Shown here: in pieces, positions 12,268 to 23,458 of the stretch | Layout of the letters: every line of letters begins with the position of its first letter | Numbering within the stretch: position 1 is the first letter of the stretch | Assembly (NCBI GenBank): GCA_043228905.1 | Contig: JBHGNT010000012.1 | Span: 2,542,001 to 2,606,000 of the forward strand | DNA from: Azolla caroliniana | Taxonomy: Eukaryota; Plantae; Polypodiophyta | Reading direction: 5' to 3' | Length of the DNA: 64,000 bases | Translations under genes and position numbers: made by a program | The notes under the pieces: generated by a model | Seen by the model: the letters and a program-made list of their open reading frames with translations, nothing else | What the model was told of the DNA's origin: nothing | The model's database searches: none

Positions 12268-14259
12268 AAAACATAAACTCAATTCAAAATAACACTCTGA
12301 AACTCTGTACATAAAATGTGCTCAGAGAGCACTTTTATACAAGTCCATAAAGTATTGATAGGTACTTCAATGTTCACATGAGCGACTATCACTGACTCCC
12401 AAAAATATGCCTACATACTAGGCTAGATCCGTAGGCCTCTAACGGCCTACCGGTTTCAATCCAATACGGGTCTCTGATTCGGCTCCTGGTTCCGGATATC
12501 ATCCGGGCACCGATTCGGTTCTTCGATCCGGATCCGGTTGAGCTTGCTTGCTCAACACTCCCCCTCAAGCTCAACTTGAGGTTGGATCGTGGTGTCTGTA
12601 CCTGTAGTAGTCGGTCCTTTCCTTTGGCTCCTTCTGACGTCCTCCCACCTTGCTCGTGCTCCTCGTCCGGTCCGGTTTCGCTCCTCGCGACCCGTCCGGT
12701 ACTGCGCACCTCGACCTACTTGGTCAGCTTGTCTGCTCAACGGGCCCATTTCAGCTCCTTCGCTGCTATGACTTCGGCACTTGTCGATCCATCGGTTCCT
12801 CCGTGTCGGTGTCGACTTCCGCCGCCTTCTCGTCCACTTGGCCTTTACTTGATCCGGCTTCTCCGAATCTTGAACCGAAACGACTTCCTCCAATTCGTTC
12901 CAACTCTTGTCCGAGTTGGTGGTCTCCAACTCGTCTTCCATTTTTAGGCCCTTCACCACATCGGACCACGTCTGGGTCTTGGCCTTCTTCCGGTCGACTC
13001 TGTCTGGTGCCATTCGTTCTCGTTCGGTCGGCTCCGCTTCCTTTATCTGCTTATCTCCCCCCTTGGTTCTTTCTTCCTCTCCGGCTCCTTGTCCGGTGCC
13101 ATTCGTTCTTGTTCCTATTCTCCCCCTCAAGTGTAGCACATCGAGACGCTAAATGTCGAGCATCTCCGTAAAATGTTGCAACTTGTTTGATCCGACGGGC
13201 TTGGTGAAGATGTCTACAACCTGCCGATTCGTGTGAACATACCGAAGTTCAAGTTCACCGCTCAAGTCCCACTCGCGAACAAAGTGATAATGCACTTCTA
13301 TATGCTTTGTCCAAGCATGGAATACAGAGTTCTTAATGAGTTGTATGCTACTTACGTTGTCACAATAAATCAGGATCGGGGTAGGCACCTCGATCCAAAG
13401 GTCTCGCAGCAGTCGCCAAAGCCAGATGGCTTCACAGGTGGCATTGGTAGTGCCCCGGTACTCAACCTCAATGCTCGATAGAGCCACTGTCGGCTGCTTT
13501 TTGCTACTCCACACAACAATCGCGCTACCTAGAGAAAACATATCATCAGAAGTGGATCGATGATCCGATGCATCACCAGCCCAGTCGGCATTGGTATATT
13601 CGACTAGCTTCCCAGCTATATCATGTCGGTATAACAGTCCACGGTCCTTCGCGCCATTAACATACTAGAGTATCCAGCTTGCTCCTTGCTCCCATGTCGG
13701 GAAGTCCTTGTGTGCCGGCTCCGTTGGTTCCTTCCACGTAGCTCCAATATCCATGCCCCAGTAGGTACTGGTGCATTTTATATGACCAAGACACATAGTT
13801 ACTCCGGTCGAGCTTCTCTGTGGGAAGTGAACTCGCCATACCTCTGTCTGTCCTTACCAGGTATTAGGGTTTGTCTTCGAAAACGTCAGTCAATTGTAGA
13901 GGTTCTCAACCCTTGCGCTCTGATACCATGTGAAAGTTAGCGTGCAGAAGCGTTCAACAAACCGGCTCAGCTGGATAGCAACATAAAATGAGAAAATGTT
14001 TAATGGAGAACTTAACACAAAGAATATACGTGGGAAGGGAGAGAGAGAGAGTAGAACATAAACTCAATTCAAAATAACACTCTGAAACTCTGTACATAGA
14101 ATGTGCTCAGAGAACACTTTTATACAAGTCCATAAAGGACTGACAGAAGTACTGACATGTTCTTCAATGCTCACATGAGCGACTATCACTGACTCCCAAA
14201 AATATGCCTACGTACTAGGCTGGATCCGTAGGCCTCTAACGGCCTATCGGTTTCAATCC
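12128..14259 (-). mobile_element. Internally deleted Ty1/Copia LTR retrotransposon (3' LTR ~12128-12557; truncated 5' LTR ~13929-14259)
   Basis: Homologous LTR pair; tRNA-iMet PBS TGGTATCAGAGC (minus strand, 13917-13928); PPT GAGGGGGAG abutting TG at 12557; gag N-terminus (KLDRSNYVSWSYKMHQYLLGHGYWSYVEG) joined directly to RT-end/RNase H (ADWAGD..RSTS..WSSKKQPTVALSS..TKHIEVHYHFVRE..DIFTKP). Confidence 0.9.
12552..13139 (-). CDS. Charged, low-complexity ORF in frame with Copia RNase H (C-terminal extension or extra 3' ORF), function unknown
   Basis: 195 open codons in the same frame as the RNase H ORF 13149-13541, separated by one TAG; lies between two identical PPT-like 12-mers. Confidence 0.4.
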   Translation of the reverse strand: MLHLRGRIGTRTNGTGQGAGEEERTKGGDKQIKEAEPTERERMAPDRVDRKKAKTQTWSDVVKGLKMEDELETTNSDKSWNELEEVVSVQDSEKPDQVKAKWTRRRRKSTPTRRNRWIDKCRSHSSEGAEMGPLSRQADQVGRGAQYRTGREERNRTGRGARARWEDVRRSQRKGPTTTGTDTTIQPQVELEGEC

Positions 14260-17200
14260 GATTCAGTTCTTTTAGACGACTTACATGAAAAAATGAATGA
14301 ATTTCAACTCCATCGGGAAGAGCGAGACGATAGGCTGATGAACCAATGTGTTTGAGGACTTGAAAATGTCCACAAAACCTTGGGGCTAACTTAGCGCAGT
14401 TACCCGTAGACAATGGCTTAGAATTGTGAGGTACACGTAAAAATACCTTATGTCCAGGGTTGAATACACGAGGTTGCCTATTATGATCGGCATAAAAATG
14501 CGCTCTATCTTGAGTTGTTTTTATATTATATCGTGCAATATGCAACATATCTTGCATATCCCGAAGAAAGTTGTGCGTACTTCGCAACTCATCATGATGT
14601 ATATTAACTCGTGGATGAAAACCATACATCAACATAAAAGGACTATATCCCGTCGACGTATGCTTGGAGCTATTATAGGCAAACTCCAAATTTGGGAGAT
14701 ACCTTCCCATTTTGTTGGTTTTGCACCAACGTATACTCGAAGCATGTCCTCAATAATTTGATTTACTCGTTCAGTCTGTCCATCGGATTGAGGATGATCT
14801 GTGGAGCTCATGCTCAACGTAGTTTCGAACTTCTTAAAGACTTGCGTCTAGAAATGTCACTAGTAAACTTTGGATCTCGATCACTCACGATATCCATCGG
14901 TAACCCATAAAAATGAAATAACTCGTCAACGAATTGGTAAGCCAATTCAGGACTTGTTACCATGGTTTCAATAGCAATAAATCTGGCCATTTTAGTTAGT
15001 TTATCAACCACAACCCAGATGGCATCATGGCCTTTTTGGGTGCAAGGAAGGCTAACAATAAAATCCATGGATATACTTTCCCACTTATTATTGGGAATGT
15101 TCAAGGGATGTAAAAGTCATGCGGCTTTAAGTCGCTCGGCTTTGTTAACCTAACATTTGTGACATTTAGTCACATAACTATGTATGTCAGGACGCATCTT
15201 AGGCCAATAGAATTGAGTGGAGATGAGAACGAGTGTACGATGTATTCCAGGGTGCCCTACTAAGGGTGCATAATGGCATTAAAAAAGAATTCTCTTTTTT
15301 ACCTCAGGCAAATCTGGAACACAAACCTTCCCATTACGGTAGAGCAGACCGTTAGCAATGTGGAAGGATTCCTTCGAGGATGTGGTGGTGTTTGTTCCAG
15401 ACTCAACTCTTGCCCAATATTTCGCAAAATAATTGTCATCAAGATACTTTCCTCGAAGGTGATCATAAAGATTTGATGTTATTTCAATGGAGCTAAGCAT
15501 GTTAACTTCACGGATGCGACTTAATGCATCAACGACAGTGTTCATGGAACCTTTACGATATCGTATGGAAAAATCAAAGTCCTGGATGAGATCAACCCAT
15601 CGTGCCTTACGACCTTTCAGGTCTTGTTGGTCACAAAAATATTTCATGGACTCATGGTCCGTAGTTACCACAATACGATTTCCATAAAGATAATGGCGCC
15701 TTGTTTTGAGTGCATGTATGACTACAAATAACTCATTTTCTTGAACGGTATACCGACATTGAGTAGAATCAAGTTTATTACTCTTGAATGCTATTGGTTT
15801 ACCATCTTGATATAAGACAACACCTATAACATAATCGTTTGCATTGGTTTCAACCTCAAAAGGTTTTGAAGGATCGGGTAAAAGAAGCGAAGGAGCCTTG
15901 CACACTAGGTCCTTGAGGTCCTTAAAGGTAAGGTCTAGTGTAGCATTCCACACAATAGGTTTTGTAGACTTGCACGTTTGACCTTTTAGAAGATTAGTAA
16001 ACGACGTTGTCAATTGGGAGTAATTACAAAGGGATTTTCGCAAAAACCTGACAAAACCAATGAATGATCGAACTTCTCGAATATTCCGAAGAGTGGGCCA
16101 AAGTTTAATTTTCTCAATGCGAGAAGGATCAATTTCAACTCCTCATTCGGTTATGAGATGTCCAAGATAAGTAATTGATTTCTTGAAGAACTCACATTTT
16201 GAGATCTTCGTGTAGAATTGCTTGTTGTGCAATGTTTGTAAATCAAAGCGGACATGTTTAGCATGTTCTTCTAATGTACGACTATAAACTAGAATATCAT
16301 CCAAGAAAATAACGACAAATTTTCCAAGTTGTTCTAAAAAAATGTCATTTATTTCTTGTTGAAATGTGGCCAAAGCATTGATCAAACCAAAAGGCATAAC
16401 CAAAAACTCATAATGACCATAACGCGTACGAAATGCCGTTTTAGGAACATCGTCCTCACTTATATGAATTTGATGGTAGCCCATACGGAGATCAAGTTTC
16501 GTAAAATACCAAGCTCCCTGGAGACGGTCAATTAGATCGTCAGCCTGGGGCAATGGATATGAATTCTTGATCGTCACTTTATTCAAGCGTTGGTAATTAA
16601 TACACATACGCCATGTGCCCTCTTTCTTTTTTACCAAGAGAACAAGTGCACCCCATGGAGATTTACTATAACATGTATATAACCCATTTGTAAATAGTCC
16701 TTGAGTTGCTTAGATACCTCATCCTCTTCGAATCGACTTAAGCGATAAGGAGGTATACTTATTGGTGCAACGCTAAGTACAATATCTATACGATGGTCTA
16801 TATTACGTTTCGGAGGTAACCCATGTGGTAGTTCACTCGGAAAAACATCATAAAAATAATTTAAGATTACATCGAGTTGTTGTTGTTCAAAATATGATAA
16901 TTGAACCGAGACATTATCGATATTGTAAACGTGAATGTCCGGATCAAGTACACAATAAAATAAAGTAGAACAAGACAACTCGGATATTGATGATGAGGAA
17001 ACAATCAAAAGAGATTGTTTTTTAACACATTGAATAAAATGAGTACAATCATTCAGTACAAAAGTAATTGAATGATGAACCCAATCAATACATAAAGAAG
17101 AGTTTTTATTATAAAACCAAGGATAAACCAGTATTATATCAGTGGTACAAAGATTCTACATGGAAGTCTACTTCCTCTATATAAGTATCAATAGAAATTC

Positions 17201-20200
17201 CTAATGAATGAATCGCCCGATTGATGTATTGTACTATTCCATCAGCCAAGTGCACCCTATAGGTGTGATCACTTATGGTGGGTTGGATTCCGCATATCTG
17301 AACCAAATGATCATTCACAAAATTGTGTGAGCTTCCCAAATCAAATAAATTTTGTACGGGAGATCCATTGATATACCCGTTTGCACGTAGTAAATCATTG
17401 GGTCCCAATACATAATGAGGGAAAGAACATTGACAATTACTTAAATGATGTGTATAGACCTTAAGGACATTAGGAATCTGTCCTTTATGGTCTGCATCTT
17501 TTGCTTTGTTGTCGTGCTCTTTTTGTTGGAGCTTTCGACATTGTTCTTTTGTATGACCCTTCCTTTTGCAGAATACGCAAAAAGGATGTTCTCGCTTACA
17601 ATCGTGATCCATGAATTTGTTGGGTGTCTTGCGTTTCCTAGCGAATTGCGTCTGCTTAGTCCCGGGCGCTTCGTTGGGTTTGTTATGGTCCTTCTTCGAA
17701 GAGTGTTGATAGCGAAGAACTATTTCAACGACCTCTTCAAAGGATTTTGGATCCTTATCGTGCACTATCTAGTGATAGTCCGAATTGGGGATGCCATTGA
17801 CAAAACAAACTATCAACCAGTTGTCCCCTTCTAGACCTGGTTTTTTTATTTGGGTTCTAGTATGGTGAACATAGTCTTCTCGCGAGGAAAATGTCTTGCT
17901 ATAGAGGTTCATTAAAGCTTGTGCTACCTCGGTTTGAGAGGGAGGTTGTACAAATTGGCCCTTGAAAACTGTGACAAAATCTGTCCAGGTATCAAGCAAT
18001 TTCCCCAAAGTTCGGAGCCCACGCCATCAAGCAACGGCCTTACCCCTTAGATCTCGGCTGACATATGCAATATTCGTACTATCTGGCGTGGGATAGAGCT
18101 CAAAATGAGACTCCCATCGGCCCAACCACGTGTAGATTGCTTCTTCGGTTCTTTCCTTTTTTTCTCCCGTAAATGGCTTTACGAGAAATGATGGTTCACC
18201 CTAACACTCATCGGGTTTATTAGGCTCTCACATTGTAAACTAATGACACGTGCCTTGAGAGCACTTTGAGATTCCTAAAGTTCGGACATTTGATGCGCGG
18301 TTGAACTAAGGAAATGTTGTATTTGTAATAAATACAACTCAATGTACATTGGTCCAGTAGGATTTCCTTGAGTTCCTTCCGATTGAGCGGATGACATCGG
18401 GTCATTATTCTGAGCCATTGAATGATTATTTTTGGCAAAGAAATAGGATAAGGTCAGACAAATAGTCATAACATCAAGTCGTGATGCAAACATATAATGG
18501 GCCAACATTAATTGATATCATGATCTCATGTCAATACCCCTCTAGACATATGAGATGAGGTTCAAGATCAGGTTACTATGGTAACACAAAGGTGTTTTAA
18601 AAACCATGGGGGTGACAAATGAATGTCTTTCCCTAATCTCTATATCGATTTTTTCATTGTGGCTCCCCTAGGCTCAACCATAACCATGTATGTTTGCGTC
18701 ATGCATAGTTTATACACGAAAAAAATGTTAACAATAAACTATGTTTCTATGCCCACGTATGTGGTTTCAGCTCTTTAAGTCCTATTACGAGGACCCCGAA
18801 GTGCACTTAGACCTAAAGTCTACACATGTATTATAGTCTTGGTCATATTTGAACTCGAGACCTCGAGAACAAATGCATTAAACACTTGAGCTAACCAAAT
18901 AGGTTGCTCGTGTTGAATGTTTAACATTATAAGAGATATTCGAGGCATTTGCCCATATATGTTTTTTTAAAAGAAACATATATGTCAAGAGTCCTTATTT
19001 CCCTCTCGTTTACCACAAACTTTGTTGGTGCGTTACCTAACCTCAAGTCTCATAATTACGATGGCATATGCCAAAGTGCAACCTAATGGTCAAGCCAAAT
19101 GAGCCCTCTTTTCGTAATAGGCCCACGTGGCCCATCACATGGTTACGTCATTACGAATGCCTTTCGTAAGAATTATCTCATGGTGGCATCGTGTCCATGT
19201 AATGAGGGAGGGATGTTGGATATGTGTGTCATAGGAGCAACCTCACATGAAGTGGGTCAAGCCCTACATTCTCAACATCATTGTGGCTATGAGCGTAACG
19301 AAATCGAAGTGACCAACGGGGATGTCAACAAAAAAGATTGTTGGAAAAATGATGGTGACTATGTCATTCTAGCAAAAATGTGAGGAGGGCCACCAAGATC
19401 CTTTCCCCGAATATACACATACAATATAGAAATCACGTAATAACTAATATACACATCTGTATATTTATCACATATATACGATCAAATATAGATACGTGTG
19501 ACCACATATGCATATAAAAAAAAATTGTAGTATCAAATAGCCAACAATGATGTAATCGAGATATGTAATCGAGGCATATAGCCTCTATGCACACAAAACA
19601 TCCAATAATAAGGGTTAATCGTAATGCGCAATTGAGGTATTGACCTCTTACACATACGACACCAAACACATATCATTTACTTAGAAATCGAGGTATTGAC
19701 CTCATACGTATACGTATACGTAACATATGTATGTGAACATAATACGCAATTGAGGTATTAACCTCGTACACATAGGACACAAATCACATATATCAAATAT
19801 ATGTCAAATGAGGTATTGACCTCATACACATATGTAAACATTTATACAACCAATTAATTACCATTACAACATCATTGAATCAATAAAAGAAAACACATAT
19901 TGATTATACATTATTAGATTGTGAGAAGAAAGAATAGAAAAAAAACAAGAAAGTTACCGAAGTTCCTTTGTTGATTGCTATCTGGATCAAGATCAACCGC
20001 ACATCGATCGATCACCATCCATCAAGAAGACAACAAAAGAAACATTAGAAACATGAGCCCTGATACCAATTGTTAGAGTGATGGTCTAACGTAAGCATAT
20101 GATAAGGATAAAAGAATATAAGAAATAAGAAAGGTGAGAGAGAAAGAAGGGTGTCGATCCACTCGACCACCCTCGAGCGAAGGGATCGAGACAGACTCGA

Positions 20201-20526
20201 GCCTTGATCGACGTCCCATACCACCGTCGTGGCGTCGAGTCATACATGGTGCTGGCGCACTTGCTACAAGAGTCAACCCACCGCAAGAACATAGTCTTGA
20301 CGTAGTCAAAAGATGATCCAATGAGGGTAGCTAGGCCTCATATTTATAGCGATACCCAAGCCCCCTAGGCAAGTTCACATTTGGCCTAATGGGTTGTCTC
20401 AATCCCGAGTATTAAAAGTAATCCTCCCCTTCTTTACACTCTCGTTTAACCCTCACACTTATCCACGTGTATAGAATACAACAGTAAATTCTCACCACAG
20501 CTAATTATATGGTCATGCCCGTAACA
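14260..20526 (-). mobile_element. Decayed Ty3/Gypsy LTR retrotransposon (5' LTR 20071-20526, long 5' UTR, gag-PR-RT-RH-IN); 3' end lost
   Basis: LTR TG...CA; PBS TGGTATCAGGGC (20057-20068); gag CCHC CVFCKRKGHTKEQC; protease LFDLGSSHNFV; RT FLDD with [20 protein letters not shown]; RNase H PFEVETNANDY; integrase WESISMDFI..IVSDRDPKFTS..HPQSDGQTERVN..FHVSRLK; many stops and frameshifts. Confidence 0.93.
19571..19823. repeat. Array of five short palindromes at ~60-bp spacing in the Gypsy 5' UTR
   Basis: GAGGT-ATTG/ATTA-ACCTC at 19634, 19690, 19752, 19810 and GAGGC-ATATA-GCCTC at 19571. Confidence 0.8.
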
Positions 20527-21960
20527 TCCCCCCTTAGAGAAACAAGGAGGTTTAGGACATGGGGAAAGAACGAGGGTCAGAAGTTGGGCCAAGGGTGGCA
20601 TAGGGCTTGATGCAGGCAACATGGGAAGATGTGAATCAGTTATTGGAATTGCGTCAGAGTAAGTATGTGGTGGATTTGATGGCGCAAACTATGGTGAACA
20701 AGCCAAATCCCTCTGTGTCTCTAGCGCTGATGTGTGACTTTGTAGGTTTCGGGAGCTGGCTTGTCGAAGGAGGAGGAGCATATGTTGGAGATAGAGCCCC
20801 CAAGGGGCACTATCCATGTTGGCAGGGTTGGAATGGACGTCAATGGACGATTCCGGTGGGAGGCGAGGATCACACCCATAAAGTGCTCGAAAAGGGTTGA
20901 TTCGTGTGGTCATCTCTTACTTGAGGGTCTTGTTGCGGCATTCGATGAAGCCATTTGTCTGAAATATCAATCACTCATGTGGACTGAGGGCCACCAAGAT
21001 TTGGCTGAGGTGGGGGACAAGAGGGTTATCGTGTTGGAGGGGGATTAGGGAAAGATCAATGGTGGATAGAGATCAATCGCTCATGTGGAGTGAGGGCCAC
21101 CTGAACTTGGCTGAGGTGGGGGACATGAGGGCTATCACGTAGGAGGGGCATCAGAGAAACTCGTGGGACAAAAAGTTAGTGGGCAACCTAAGGTGAGGGG
21201 GAAGAGTTGGTGGGGCAAGACATAAAAGTGGTGTGAGAAAGTGAGATTGCCTAAGGTGATGGTGCAATAGGCTTGTGTGCGAGAGTGGTATTGTTATGGG
21301 CATAACCATATAATATCTCGTGGTGAGAATTGACCGTAGTATTCTATACACATGGATAAAGTGTGAGGGTTAAACGAGAGTGTAAAGAAGGGGAGGATTA
21401 CTTCTAATACTCGAGATTGAGACAACCCATTAGACCAAATGTGAACTTGCAGGGGGGCTTAGGTCTGGCTATAAATATAAGGCCTAACTACCCTCGTTTG
21501 ACACATTATCGACTATGTCGAGACTCTGACATTGTGGTGGGTCAACGCTTGTAGCGAGCGCGCCAACATCAGGTACGACTCGATGCCACGATGGTGGTAT
21601 GGGACGCCGATCGAGGCTCGAGTCCGTCTTGATCCCTTCACTTGGGGGTGGTGAGGTGGATCGACACCCTTCTTTCTCTCTCTCCTTTCTTATTTATCTA
21701 TCATTTATCCTTATCATATGCTTACATTAGTAGCTAAGCTCTAATAGGTATAGATGTTGGTGATTGCCAAAAAGGACTTGGATGGAGGGAGCGGTGGATG
21801 TCTGGAGGCCTAACTGGTGAACTAAGGCGGTGCTAATGGAAGAGATACTACTACTAGAGGCTAACAAGATAGTGTGGGTTGAGTGATTGATGGTGGCAAG
21901 AGCGATGCACACCTACGAAGCGGAAGAGGCGGATGCTTGGACATGGGGGACTGGTACCCC
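20527..21960 (-). mobile_element. Highly deleted Gypsy-type internal remnant (protease-like and integrase-end fragments) ending in a PPT at the 20071-20526 LTR
   Basis: PPT CTAAGGGGGGA immediately before TG at 20526 (minus); INPFRALYGCDPRLP (integrase tail); ISTALVHQLGL..IQVLFGN (protease-like), split by a solo LTR. Confidence 0.65.
21292..21746 (+). mobile_element. Solo LTR, inverted copy of the 20071-20526 LTR family
   Basis: Reverse-complement homology over the whole LTR; TG...TA ends (CA decayed); 5-bp TSD GGTAT at 21287-21291 and 21747-21751. Confidence 0.88.
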
Positions 21961-22570
21961 GCTTCTCCACCAATATGTGAAATGCAGATAAGAAATCAAA
22001 ACCACCCTACTTAACTTCTTACTTCTTACTCAATTTATAGTTGATACAAAGGTACCCATTTGGGTTGGCTTAACTACATGCGTGCTAAAAAGGGTGTGCT
22101 AAAAGGGTGGCACAAAGGAACGCATGCACACCGCACTATTATACACGAACTTATATGTAATTACGAAGGCTTCTAGATTTGACATGAAACAAGTTTGCAA
22201 TCGCTCTCATTCTAAAGACCAATGACATATTACCTCTCTATTTGCAAAGTCGTGACAAGATAATTGCGTTGTCCATATACTCAATGTCCTTGTATTGTAT
22301 CAATGTTGAACCCTAAATAAGTTTGAATACAATATGAGAGTGAGAGAGAGTTCGAAAAGGAAAACAAGAAACAAGACAAACATGATTGGTATTGGTATCA
22401 ACTTGGGGGAAACGATTTCAAACAAGTTACTGATGTGCAAATGCATGCCATCTCACAACCATACACTTGTCAAGATTCTCCAAACCCTCATTATCCCCTT
22501 CAAGGCCTTACAATAACCCTTTCACTATCTATATTTCCCAAGTTCATATAACTTGTTACTTGTCGGAAGT

Positions 22571-23167
22571 TGTAACACGTGGGATTCATGCATCAAAACT
22601 TAAATAGCCATTAATTAGGGAGAACACCATATTGATGTCAATGTATAAATAGCCGATTGTACCCTTGTCTAAACACTTGCATTTGACCATCCTTGCCCTC
22701 GGAGTAATTACACATTGCTGAAGATATATTATTAAGAGTCTCTTGCTAATCAATAGACCAAAGTAATGTAAAAGAAATGTGAATAGATTGGATAGAAAGA
22801 ATGATAGGTGCATGCACTATCGTGATGTTGAGAACCAATGAATGGAGTCATTTAAAAAACCACATCTATTCAAGAGTCCTGGGAAGAAGTATAAATATGA
22901 GCCCTAGTTACCCTCATAATACACATTACGTTGGAAGGCTGAAGTTTTGAGACACCAATGGTGCGGGTTAGGCTTTCACAACAATGATTGTGTTACCTAT
23001 TCCAAGGTATTTATTGGTCATCTCAATATCCGTTGGTATGGAATGTCGGGGGTAGGTTGGCTGTGTCTTCATCATAGCTCGGGGGTGGTCGGGAGGAATT
23101 GGTCAAATTGATTCGACTTTCTTTTACTTTAATTTGGTCTATTGATTAGTAAGAGGCCCTTTTAACA
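22571..23167 (+). mobile_element. Possible older, related solo LTR
   Basis: TG...CA ends; TATAAATATGAGCCCTAGTTACCCTC resembles TATAAATATAAGGCCTAACTACCCTC of the 21292 LTR; no TSD found. Confidence 0.4.
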
Positions 23168-23458
23168 TATACTCACTTGGTTGGGTTATGAAAGCTATGC
23201 ACATAGGCCTTTACAAATGTCAACAAACACACACACACAACCAGAATAAGTAGATACATAGATACATATGCATTCACTCATACATACATACATACACATA
23301 CATACATACATACACATACATACATACATACATACATACATAACACACACACACAACCAAAACAAGTAGATACACAGATATACACAAGAGAGAACGTTAC
23401 AGAGAACGCTACAGGGAAGGAAGCGTTACAGAGAACGTTGTAGAAGACGAGGAAGACG

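Noticed and set aside
12576-13171. Plus-strand ORFs in the Copia 3' region
   Set aside because: Antisense shadows of a GC-rich segment with no recognisable motifs
14186-14710. 174-aa ORF as a novel integrase fusion protein
   Set aside because: It is a Gypsy integrase fragment reading by chance into the Copia LTR across a deletion junction
19571-19823. CRISPR-like repeat-spacer array
   Set aside because: Eukaryotic retrotransposon leader, 14-bp repeat core, alternate spacers resemble each other, no cas genes
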